Source of the DNA: Octopus sinensis
Taxonomy: Eukaryota
Direction of reading: 5' to 3'
Assembly: GCF_006345805.1 (NCBI RefSeq)
Contig: NW_021833792.1
Location: forward strand, 1-55,120
DNA: 55,120 nucleotides
The notes under the pieces were generated by a model that did no database searches, was not told where the DNA came from, and saw nothing but the letters and a program-made list of their open reading frames with translations. Below are positions 10,506 through 22,753 of the stretch, piece by piece; the stretch's first letter is position 1, and each line of letters starts with the position of its first letter. The translations under genes and the position numbers were made by a program.

Positions 10506-13500
10506 GGACTGCTTGTGAAAACCTCACAAGTCCACAACTAGAGTATGTGCCCTTTCCACTTTATCTACAGGCACATGCTTAGAGTAGGCCCATTCACTTG
10601 GGCCATTCTTGCAACATTCAGCCACCTTTTAACAAAATTGCTGGGGGTGGGGGGCAGAACTTCCCTCTCCATCCTCACTTTCTTTTTCAAGTGAAACTCA
10701 AAAACGTTGATGAGGCCAAAAATGAAAGTATCTATCTTCAACTCTTTCAATCTGGTCCACCAAATAACCTCTTTCGCTAAGGCTACCAGGCAAAGAAAAA
10801 CAGCCTGCCCTTCCTGGCCAAAGGAAGGTGGTGGGACTATCTTTACAATGGACTCAGCCAACAGCCAGATCTGTTCTACACACAACAGCAGGTATTTGAC
10901 ACAAACCCACAAATCAGAAATCACTGGACAAAAGCAAACAGAACAGGTTTGTTGCTCTGTGCGCATCTCAGGCAAGCCTGGCTGACTGCACTTGCGCGCC
11001 TGTAGAGTCTATCCTGAACAGGTAGTTCCCCCTGGTAGCACTGCCAGGCCAAGGATTACTGGAAATTATCCATAGGCCCCAGCCTGAAAATCTTCCAGAA
11101 CAGAGCAGCCAACTCATTTTTGTTGACACCAAGAGTCTCCCCAAGAATGTCATTGCATTTAACTACCACTAACCCTCTACAGAAAGTTGTAGTGGAATTT
11201 GTCCTACTGGCAGAGGAGTGTGAGCAATTGACGACGTGCCAGGTGCCCTGTCTTGGTCTACGTATGATCCAGGATTGCAGTTCAGTCAAAAAGACAAGCT
11301 GTGGGAAATCACATCTGACAAATGGCGACCACCCCTGCTCATCGACTAGGAAACACCAGAGATGTTGCAGCCTCAGTACATGTTTGTGCATCATAGCCAC
11401 AGCATACCCAACCCTCCATTTAATAGGTGCTGACAGTAAATGGAGCACCTGACCAGTGCAATGCGTCACTTCCAAAGAAAGCAGAAAAGTAGGTGCTCCA
11501 GTTTGGTCAGACTCAAAGTAGGACAGGCCACAAAGGGGAGGTGGTAGATGATGGATGCAATGTAAGCATTCGCCACCTCTGCCAGCTTCATTATGTCTAT
11601 GTGTTACATGAAGTGGAGGTTGTCATAGATGGATCTGCTTGGGATGGCACATGTTTGTACATGACTAATCAGTTCCTCGATGACAAGTGCCAATCTCTTC
11701 ACTAGCCCCATGGCCGAAATTTTGGAGTCTGTGTTCAGCAGTGTTATGGGCTGAAAATTTTCTATTTGACTCCCTTGTTTGGATCCTTTCTCAGCAGTGC
11801 CATTGCTCCTCAGCTCACAAAACTAAGAATTCTCCCGTTCTGCTGCCAGAAGTTGCCAGACAAGTCTGGTATATAATAGTAAAGCTTGTAGGGTAGACCA
11901 TTCAAACAAGGCAATTTTCTCCCCATGCAGCCCATCATTGCATCCCATATTTTTGAAGCTGTTATCAGCATTTTGAAATGCCTCATTCTACCTGCCAAGA
12001 GTCATGGCATGCCATGCCATCGCGGTAGAAGTCCATCCTGTGTTCTGGCATTCATCCCAAGCAGTTGGGCGAAGTGCCACTGAAATACCACACACATCTG
12101 CTCAAGCTCAAATACCGTGCACCCACTTTGGTCCAACAAAATCTGAATTGTGGCTTTGTTGTCACATTGAGTTTCTGCCATTTGGGCCCATCAAGCAGCT
12201 TTACTTCCCTTGTTTCTTAGAGTACATGCCTTAGCTCTGACAATGCATTCTTCATGCTTAGTGTTGAAAAATTGGTTGAAGACAAATCTTGCTGCCAGCA
12301 CATTGGTTTCAATGCCTCTCCTAAGTTCCTAACCAGCTTGCCCTCTATTCTATTTTTCCCTATCGCTAGTATCATGCTAGACCTAATCAATTTTGTTCTA
12401 ATTGCTCTTTTCAGGGCGTACCACCATTTGTTATTGAAGATTGACCCCCATTAACACCTGCTTAACTAACTCGCAAATTTGTAGTCTGTGTAGCTGATGA
12501 TTTTAAAAAGTGAACAACTTATATTATTCTTACCTACTGGCCTACAGAAAATTCTATCTAGATACAACCTGTATGACCTGATGCAGTTAGACCAGGTCAC
12601 ACTGGCACATTTGGGAAATCCAGCCAGTATCTGTTAAACAGTCGAAAACGTCTGAGCAGGTTTGCGAGGCTTTTGTACCCACCTCTTCTATCCGCAAGCC
12701 CCATATGGTCCAAATGTGGCTCTAAGACAGTGTTCCAGTCACCCATAAGCACTAAAGGACGAGACATTCCCAGGCAAACTTTTAGGCACCTGAAGAAGCC
12801 CAGTTGCCCAGCCTCTGTTGGAACATAGACAGCCACTAGCATGAAGGCACCCCTGTGTCACTACTGTTCACATCCATGACCACCAACTTACCTTCTGGGT
12901 CCAGGAAAATAGTCCTTATCTCGAGATCCAGGCCTCTCTGGAACAACACTGCAGTTCCACCTCCCATTCCCAGCTGACATGGAGATAAATATATTTTGTA
13001 TCCACTGAAAATGGGCATGAACATTTGTCAGTCAAAGAGTCTGGTTTCACTGATGGCTGCCACATCAACACTTAGTGACCTGAGGTTGTCGAATAGATGA
13101 CCCTATTTCCAAGGCAACCCCAGGCCATGTGCATTTATACTACCTATCATAAGTGAGGTTATGTTGTATAGAAGCAGAAAAGGCTACTTACTGTGATTTT
13201 GTTGGTGAATTGGGGACGGTTATTCTATCCCCATAGTTATTTGTAGTTGTTTCAACAAGCAGTTCATTGTTCAGTCTTTTGTTTATGTCTTTCCCAAAGG
13301 CCCCAACTCCTTCAGGATATTTTATCTTTATTTTGTTGTTTGTGTTTTGTGATGTTAGCAGGAATTTTATGCGTGGCATTAATTCTTTATTATTTGTGTT
13401 TATTGTTGTGTAGTTGATGATTGTGTGTTGCTGGTGTTGGGATGTGTGAGCTGTGAGTTATGTATGTGAACTGGATTGTGTTGCGGTGGTGGTGATGGTG

Positions 13501-14880
13501 CTGATAGGAATGTTGTTGTTGATGGTGCTGGTGTGGTTGCTAATGGGGGAGGTATTTGTGTGTTTGTTTTGCCAAGTGTCTCCTCAGTCATCATACCTGC
13601 CAGATTTTTATGTTTAGTTGGTGAATTTTTGTTCCTTTTTCTTTTTGACCAGGAAACTTGTTGCCATTTAGCATCTTCTTCTTCCACCTTCTGTGCAGGA
13701 CAAGTCTGAGCATTTGGAAAAGAGAAGAGGCAAATATTGTGGGGCTTTTTGGTTGTACTTTGTTGGTAAGGTTGCTGTTGTTTTGGGAGGTACTATGCTG
13801 TTATTTTTGTTGCTGTCTGGTGTATGGAAGCCATAGATGTTGGTGAGTTGTTTATTTTGTTTGCTGTTGTTGCTGCTGCTGTAATTGGTGTTACTGTTAC
13901 TGTTGTTTTTACTGCTCTAGTGGTCACCTGTCTCTGCCAGTACTGTTGCTGTTGTTGTTGTGTTGGAGGTGACTGCAGTAGCATGGTTTTCTCTTTTGTT
14001 TGCCTGGGGCAGAAAGCATTTAACTGGTTTGTTTGGCCACATATATGGCATATCAACTTTCTACCTTCTACTGCTACAAATAATTTTGCACCTCCAGGGA
14101 GCTCTATTAGACCTGGAATCTCCTCTGCAGTTGTGAAATCTGCATGCAACAAGAGTTCCATCCCTGTGCCATACTAGTTTTCGTTTTTAAATCAATGAAT
14201 TTGTAGAATTTTAATTCTGTCCTCTATGCCATACAACATGGTTGCTGCCAGCAAGATGTCCACTTCTGTGGCACCTCTGCTACCTTCACTTAAATGAACC
14301 TTCAACCGATTCTATAGAGGTCTCTGGTATTTTTTTGACCTGGATTTGTGTAGCTCTTTCTATTTTTCTTGTTTTCAAGGATATACATTTGTATATAATT
14401 GTTTGTTGTCTTGTTTCTTCTTGCACTTCCTCTGGTGTGTTAAGGTGGACTATCCTGCCAGTTCTGATTAGATACATTTTTGCTCTAGCCAACTCCTTTT
14501 CTGACAATTCCACCTCCTCTGTTCTCCAACCCACTATATGTTTGCTTAGAAAAAGCCACTATTGTCTGTGCTCTGCTAATTTTTTCTTTGTTTGACATGG
14601 TAGAGGCAGTGGTGGTGAAATCTGCAGGTGTTTGATGTGAAAGAATTCTTTTTTCCTTTCTCCCCCACTTATAACTACTGTTGTTGTTACTCTGGCTGGT
14701 CCTCATGATGGCAGTGGTGGTAGTGGTATTGCTGTTCTCCTCCACACCCTCCTTCATGCTCCCGTCAGTGTTGATGGGTGTGATGATTCTGTTGTTGCTG
14801 TTGCTCTTCCTCTCCCTCTCAACCACATTGTGGAGGAAATGAAATCTCACAGAGGCTGTTACAAGAAATGTCAACACCCT
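10506..14880 (-). mobile_element. Tx1/L1-clade LINE with ORF1 and ORF2, decayed
   Basis: ORF1 with degenerate zinc knuckle VEGRKLICHICGQTNQLNAFCP; ORF2 APE (SINAHGL, AAISET, LVAVYVP, LMGDWN) and RT (INLDQSKAFD-like, GCPLSPL). Confidence 0.85.
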
Positions 14881-15183
14881 TGATTTGAAAAGCCATGTTT
14901 GCAAATTTTGGTTTCAAAATATGAAATTTTGAATTGTTAAAAGTCAAAATTCATTCTTAAAGGGTGAATGTTTTGCCACCCCAGTTGGCCCTGCTTGTGG
15001 CAATCTGGGTTATCAAAATTACAGTTCAACAAAATATGCAAAAACAAACAGTAAAGCAACAAATTTGACGAAAAATTAACAGAACTCCGAACATGTGACT
15101 GACAGCTGTGTCTGGACACAAATGATAATAATAATAATAATAACAATAATAATAATAATGATAATAATAATGATAATAATAAT

Positions 15184-15470
15184 CTTGAGGAGACCTATTG
15201 AGTCAAGCACATCAACATAAAAAAAAAAAAATCAAATGGAAATTGCACCATCCGTACGTGGCCGATGCCAGCGCCGCCTTGACTGGCTTCCGTGCCGGTG
15301 GCATGTAAAAAGCACCAACCAATCATAGCCATTTCCAGCCTCCCGTAGCACCTGTGCCGGTGGCACGTATAAAGCACCCACTACACTCATGGAGTGGTTG
15401 GCTTTAGGAAGGGCATCCAGCTGTAGAAACACTGCCAGATCAGACTGGAGCCTGGATGATGATGATAATG
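15184..15470 (+). mobile_element. RTE-tail-related SINE-like repeat following an (AAT)n tract
   Basis: aaagcacccactacactc...gagtggttggc.ttaggaagggcatccagctgtagaaacactgccagatcagactgg is shared with 1251-1953, 24175-24563 and 54826-55118. Confidence 0.8.
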
Positions 15471-15932
15471 AATAATCCTTTCAACAAGGATCACGTTTCC
15501 CCAGTGATCAAATGGTACTTGTTTTATTGACCCCGGAAAGATGAAAGGCAAAGTCAACCATGGTGGAACTTGAAAAAAAAAATGATAATAATAATAATAA
15601 TATAATGGGCGTAATGGTCAAACGGCAGGAGCAATGGTCATGATGTTTTTTGGGAATACGATGGAGGTAATAAGGCAGGTTTTAGCAAAAAAAAAGAAAT
15701 GTGAAAAAGTATGGTCATTTAGTGGATATTGAAAGTAATTGTTCAGTTTACGATTGTACAAAAAAAGAGTAAAAATTAAGGGGAGATAACTCCTAATAAA
15801 AAATCAAAGGGAAGTAAATCATCTTACTTCTCTGAATTATGCCATAAGCTTTATTAAAGAATGATTGTGTTGGTTTTGGCTCATCTTTAATTGGTGTGTA
15901 GTGTACGCTTAGTGAAATTCTCTCTCTCTATC

Positions 15933-16733
15933 TGTTATATATACATAAGTACGGACATAGCAGATAGCAGCTAGCCTTTGGCCGCTTGGACCCTGTTGTG
16001 GCCACTAATCTGATTGGTTGGTATTGGCACAGTTTGTCTCTTGCTCTATTACGCACCAATGTGTGACCCAACCAATCTAAGCTTTCTGATAAGGTCATGT
16101 GAGAGTCTCTTCTAAATCTGTTTGAGCTGATAACTTGCTATAAAGCTTCATCGAGTCGAGGTCTTTTGATTCTAGACCTTCTAAGGTCTAACCACTGACC
16201 ACAGAGCACACAGCCAGTTCCAGTGACAGACAACATCAGCAGCTCACATGGAGACTCAACTTCGTTCAGCAGCATCAGAACCTCCAGCTCTGTCACCTGC
16301 ATCTTAATGTCAACAACATCTCTCTACGTACACCCAGGTTCTATCTCAACGCTGTTCGTGAATTACTTCACCATGGTTAACAGCAAATACAACCTGCAAG
16401 TTCTTCCTGTATCAAGTGACCGGCAGTGGCATAGTAGCCACAACTTCCCACATGACATGTGCCTCAATTGGCTCTGCCTCTTTGCCACAACTTCTTGTTA
16501 CAGCACCTCAACTATTGTGTACCTTACTACAAACTGGTATTTATCAACCTTGTGTCTGAACATTCTTCTAGCGTCCTATTATAGACTCTTTCAATGTTCT
16601 ATATTTTATCTCACACGCATACACCTTTGTTTGTACACACGTACACATTATGTATACATGACGGCCTGTCTATTATTATTATTATTATTATTATTATGTA
16701 CATATGATGTGCACACAGACACACACATTAACA
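15933..16733 (+). mobile_element. Probable solo LTR (about 800 bp)
   Basis: Begins TGTTA and ends TAACA; GC-richer than its flanks; no recognisable coding content; no clear TSD. Confidence 0.45.
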
Positions 16734-17096
16734 CCTAAAAAATCTTCTCTTAAACCTTCTAAAAAAAGAATGTAAGAATGGCCATGAGAAAGAAGAGGTG
16801 ATGATGAAATGGCTCCTTTAATACACCGCACGGTCGCTTACAATAATTGCGAAAAAGAATAAATGAGTATGAGTGTCAGAAGGAAAAGAAAGACACAACC
16901 GATAGAAGGTTTAAGAGAAGATTACAACAACATGGATTTTAAGATGTATTTCTTTGGAGGTAGTTTGAAGTATGCTATACTGTTGCTGTAAACTAGACTG
17001 AGAATAAATGCATGGTTTGGTCAGCCATCATTTGCAAATAAGTATGGCTTGCTAACATGACCACGCTTTTGCTAATTGTTTCATGCAATCCTAAGC

Positions 17097-18259
17097 ATTG
17101 GTCATCCCATAAAGGATGCAGTTTTTTTACACTTCTTTTATTTTTCAAAATTAAGACAACCAAAGTTCTGTTTTAATCTAAAATATACTCTCCTTCATTT
17201 GCTACAATGCTCTTCCATCTCTCTGGTAGACTTGCAAGGCTCCTCTTCCCAAATTTACTTGTTTGTGATGAAAAATACTCCTCCAGTACTGTTCTGACCT
17301 TGTCTACAGAATTCATATCTTTTGCATTCAAATGATTTTGAAGACTGCGGAATAAATGATAATCAAATGGGGCAATGTCTGGTGAACATGGTGAGTGGGG
17401 CATTGTTTCTCATTCCAACTGCTCCAGCCCTTGGAATGTCATTCTTGCTGTATGTGGCCGAGCATTATCCTGATGGAAGAACACCTTTCGTCTTGAAACT
17501 AGAGACGGTCATTTTTGTTCCAGCGCTGACTTAAGCTGTGCACAGTAGATCTCCTTTGTTATTGTTTAGTTCGGGTTTAAAAGTTCAAAGTGGACTAAAC
17601 TTTTCATACCCTCCTTTCCCTACCCACTACCTTCGACGCTTGACATTTTTATAGAGAAACCCAAAAAAGGTTCATTTGTGAGATATGACAGCAATATTCA
17701 CTCTCTGCATGTGATTAAACTCGGAAAGTTCATGAGAAACCCATTGACCCAATTTGCTGACTTTTGCTGATGGCATGCAGTTGTCGATAAATGATTGAAT
17801 GACCAAATCCAGAACTCTCTGCTAGTTCCTCAACAATTATGATGGAATTTTGTTCCACCAACGTTTGCAGGATGTCCTCATCAAGCTCTACAGATCTTCC
17901 AGGATGAGGCTCATCTTCTAGGCCCTAGTTTCTAGGTTGGAATTTCCGGAACTACTGTTGACAGTGGCTTACGCTTATTGTCTGATCCTCATATACTGCA
18001 TTAATATTCCTCCCATTTTCCACTTTTATTGAACTCATAAAGCAAAATATGCCAAATATGCTCTTCGTCACTTCTATATAGCTTTGTAAAAATAACTTAA
18101 AATTGAACTGCACTCTTCAAAATTTACACTAAAAATAAGGACAAGGTAAAATTACTACTTGCTTTTATAGCAAGTTGATGCTGGTAGTTTATCCCATCCC
18201 CCTCCGACTTTTAACTCATGCAATTGAATAAAACTGCATTATTTATGGGATGACACAAT
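17097..18259 (-). mobile_element. mariner (DD34D) transposon, decayed
   Basis: Imperfect TIRs gtcatcccataaa..atgcagtttt at 17101 and its reverse complement ending at 18254; HSPCSPDIAPFDYHLFRSLQNHL and RSGRSVELDED-like motifs. Confidence 0.9.
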
Positions 18260-18569
18260 AGATAGACATCTTCTTAGTCCTCTCACTATAAACCAGCAGA
18301 AAATATAATCTAATGTGGAAAAAATATAAAAATAAATAAAAATGACTTTAAATTTTATTTGTGTTTGACTATTACACGTTAAAAATTGTTAATTATGGGA
18401 TGAAAATGAAGACTTAATGTTACAGATATGGCATAATGAAAAAAGAAAATTTATAAAATATGTAATTTCCAGAAATGCTGCTAGTTCTCATTACTTCTGT
18501 GATTTAATAAACCACCCTTGCCCACCAAAAACAAACCACCCAAAATAAAACAAGAAATAGCTAACTTAC

Positions 18570-18764
18570 ACAAGTACTGTTATATTGCCAGCATTTAGAT
18601 GAACACCTTGGTAGTTTGCTAGGAACATAGCTGCTGTTACAATGAACACAGCACTGCCACCCGCATTTAAAGTCACTACTAGAGGTAGTGATACTCCAAC
18701 CACTCGTTTATCAGCACCATTTCTCTCCACAAGACTAGATTCCATTTCTGGAAAGGCAGCAGAA
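18570..18764 (-). CDS. SLC1/EAAT-family transporter exon (HP1b-TM7-HP2a), 195 nt
   Basis: tactttag acceptor and GTAAGT donor, phase 2-2; SAAFPEMESSLVERNGADKRVVGVSLPLVVTLNAGGSAVFIVTAAMFLANYQGVHLNAGNITVL aligns to EAAT SATLP..LEE.NGVDKRV..FVLP.GATINMDGTALYEA. Confidence 0.95.
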
Positions 18765-18894
18765 CTAAAGTAATAGAAAAAATAAATAGATAAAAAAAGT
18801 AAATTGTTGAAAATGAAAAATGATTTCTTTTGACTATTCAATGTTTATACTAGTTATTTAAAGTTATTATTAAATCCATTATACTATAGTTATA

Positions 18895-19035
18895 TGTGCA
18901 GGTGTGGCTGTAGATTAAGAATTTCACTTCCCAGCACATGACTTTGGGTTCATTTTCACTGCATGATATAGCCAACAAAAGGCTTGTGAGTAGATTTAGA
19001 AGACAGAAACCGAAAGCCCATTGTATATACGTATA
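18895..19035 (+). mobile_element. tRNA-derived SINE fragment
   Basis: gcaggtgtggctgt...ggttcattt...gagtagattt.gaagacagaaaccgaaagccc, same family as 8797-9140. Confidence 0.55.
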
Positions 19036-20302
19036 TATTCTTTTATGCATTTCAGCCCAAAGGGTGTGTCCATTCCAGGGCACCACCAATGTTAGAAAAT
19101 TACTATTTTTAAATCTCACAATGTGAGATGTTCAGCAACAGTACTTTGTAGTAAAGATTGTTTGCCAACATAACATGGCAGTCCTGTTTAGGACTAATGT
19201 TGTTGTAATTTAGCCCCAGGAGACATCGTCTCCAGCTGGCTATATGACACAATCCGTGTCCTTATATTTTCAAACCTCAGCTCAAAACAATATCTGTGTA
19301 TCACAATTTCTTGGTTATATCCCTTTATCAGCACAGAATAATTGTTTGAAAACTATATATTTTGAACAGGAATTTGGCAACGCCACCTCTAGCCAAACAA
19401 TTATTGTGCTGATGAAGAGAAATATAATTTAGAAAGTAGCAGAGGAAAATAGTGGGAGGGGGTTAAGAAAAAGGAATGGTGAGATAGTTAATTTATATTT
19501 ATCTTTATCATATTTATAAGATTTTATCTACAACCCTTTAGGAGTTGACAGTTATGTTCCAATTGATGGTAATAAATTAATTAATGTGAGATACCCTCCC
19601 TGACCCTTATTTTACTGGGACTATATAGCTAGCTTTATCTACATAAAAGGATATGTCTCAGAGCTGCTAGTAAGAGTATGACTGATGGAGAAGAGGTGAT
19701 AACTAGAAGGAGGAAGGGTTACTAGGTGTATCATAACTGAGCCAATTTGATATATCAAAAATTTAGAAAAGAATTTTAGAACAATATAAAGGCAAAAGGA
19801 TAGATAATTAAACTTAAACCTTAGAAATTGGGTACTTTAATATATAAGACAAAGTTCATGAGGCCTTTTCTAAGCATATTGCTATTATAGTAGGCTTTGG
19901 ATATACATTTTCCCCTAAATTCATTCTGTCAAAAGGAAACAATGTAATTATTTTGGTTTCTAGTACTGATGTAAATTGTGCTACAAAAAAAAATGGTTTA
20001 TCCTTTATATTGGAGATCTATATGGTCATCTGCATCTGAGTAGAGCGGTTTCTTTCAATTTGATGTAATGTTTTCATTGATCGATTAAATGGAGCTGCTT
20101 GAAATGGCCATAATGCACTGATACCTGGACATTCTTGTTACTTATTTGCTTTATATATATATATATATATATATATGACAAAAAAATTCTTAATGTACTT
20201 ATTTGTTCAGTTAAAAATCCTTAATAAACATCATCATCATTTAATGTTAGTTGTCCATGTTGCCATAGGTTGGATGGTTTGACTGGACTGGCATGCTGGA
20301 AG

Positions 20303-21245
20303 GTCCACAGCTTCTTCCCCAACCCAACCTGACTCGTTCCCCTGCTCCTGCCCATGCTGCCACACTTGCCCTTATCTCTCCAACACCACCCTCCTCACCG
20401 GCACCTATTATCAACTCCTTCACCTGCACTTCTATCAATATCATCTATTTCATCTATTGCCATTCTCTGTACATCGGACAAATGGGATGCCGCTTGGCTG
20501 ACCGGTTTGCGGAACACCTCCGAGACGTCCGTCTCAGCAATGACACCCCGGTCTCACGCCATTTCCGCTCTATCGGTCACTCTTGGCAACACCTGTCCGT
20601 GTTTGGATTGTCCGTGTTTGGATTGTCCTTGCACAGAGGCCATCTGGACTCCCGTTTGTGCCATGAACAGGGATAAATTTTCTCTCTTTGATCCTTTGTG
20701 CCAAAAGGGCTCAATTCTCCTCCCCTCTTCATCTGACCTCCCCCTACATCTCTTCACGCCTACTCTCTTTCTTCTCCCACACACCCCTTCCCCCTTCATC
20801 GTCAACCCTCCCCCATAAGCCCACCCACCCCTACACAACCTTTCCTATCCTTCTAATCCCACCCCATCCCTTACACTCTCCCACATACCCCGCCTCTACC
20901 CCAACCCTCAGCCTAACCCACACCCCACCCATGCTTTTCCCACCTCCCTACACAATCATAACACACCGCCACACATACACCAGCACTGACTAATTCCCAT
21001 CCCCACATTTTCACACATCAAGATCACCAGCCTTCTTTCACACGCACACACATGTGCATCTTCGTTTTGGGACCATTACTACTTTGTTATCTCCCCTACT
21101 TCTTAGCTCTCCTGTGTGATCCTTCTGTCCGGCATTTGCCATGATAGATCGGTAGCCACTACACACATTTTTTTCTCTCCTTGTTTCTTTCTGTGGAAGA
21201 GCATAGGCTCGAAACGTTAAAGACTTTTTCAATTCCTCCCTTCCA
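20303..21245 (+). mobile_element. Penelope-like element 3' part (GIY-YIG endonuclease plus UTR with hammerhead-like motif)
   Basis: FTCTSINIIYFIYC..LYIGQMGCRLADRFAEHLRDV...PVSRHF; the downstream tggaagagcataggctcgaaacgttaaaga (21194-21223) is a degenerate minimal hammerhead. Confidence 0.85.
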
Positions 21246-22682
21246 TTATATTTTAAAGTTTTTGATATGTGTGCCAATTAATACCTTATTTACTAAGAAT
21301 ATTCTCATAAAAAGTTCTTCTAAATCCCCTTAATTAATATTCAAAACCTGATAATGAATAGATAATAATATCTATGTTATTTAGTCTCTATTTCTATAAT
21401 GGTCTTGTTTGATCATTTCTTCACCCGATATTAAACACAAATCTCCCATGACAACTCCCATAATAAATAAATATTAATTTTAGTCTAGTAATTATAAAAT
21501 TATAATGTAATTATTAAGCATTTTCTTATAGAAGCTTACCTCACCTATTATAAATAAGCTAGGTATATCCTATATTAAGTTTTTAGAATACAAATCTAAT
21601 CTACCCCTTATCTACTATATTCTAAAATAATTTTATTTTTCCCTTTACTGATTTAAATTTCCTTCACTAAAATTTTAAACCATTTTATCTTACTCATTTA
21701 CCCACTATATCATCTTGCTGATAATACATTTCTATTGGGTTCACACTTAACCTATACAGAACCATACTGTTATAATTCACTATCTATTTTATAATACAAG
21801 TGAATACATTCTAAAGTCATTAACATGTAGAAAATATATGAAATTGTTTAGCATATTCCTTTAATTTAACTCATTAATACCAATAAATTACTATTTACTA
21901 ATTAACTATAAATTTATATTAATTTGATTTATATTTATATAAATATGAAATTATTTCTATATCCTCCATCCCTATATTGTATAAGATACTAAAATTATTC
22001 GAATTCTTTGAAAAAAACTATCTAAAATATACCTATTCAAACCACAAGTAGGATTATGGCTGTTAAATAGTTAAGTATTAGAAGTTTCTATTCTCCCTAC
22101 CCCGTCAGCTTTGGCCCACTAATTTTAGCTGAAATACATTCAACTGTACCAGAAGAAGTTAAACTGTCTCTTCGGCTATCTATAAAAGATAGATTCTTAG
22201 TGTTGTCTCCATTAGAATTGATAGAATAATATTAAACCCCCTCCCCCAATAGTAAATCTAAATAGCAAAGTAAAATCAGTGATAAGCAGTATCTCCATAA
22301 ATAAATATTAATTACTACCATGTTTCTGTTGATGAAACTGGTTTCTCTGTCTCCTCTTTGTGATGTTGGTAAATGGAATAAGTGTAAAAATGAATCTTTT
22401 CAATTTAAACTAAAATTCTTTATTAATATGCAGCTGAAGATTGCTGTACATTTTAAAACTGATGTAATACTTGCATTGTTTAATTAAATTAAGTCACTTG
22501 AAACGATTGTACTGCATTATCTTTGGATATCCTTGTTGCTTCTTTTGATTATAATTACTCCATTTTGAATTATATGGATAATACCATACCAAATTCTGGT
22601 GCCTTTAACTTAAGTACCATATTCAACTGAATCTAAATTTTTACTGAACTTATATATATATCTATATATATTCTTTAAGCCC

Positions 22683-22750
<68 letters not shown>

Positions 22751-22753
<3 letters not shown>

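Noticed and set aside
21280-22300. AT-rich stretch possibly derived from an old retroelement
   Set aside because: No motif could be read with confidence, so it was left unannotated.
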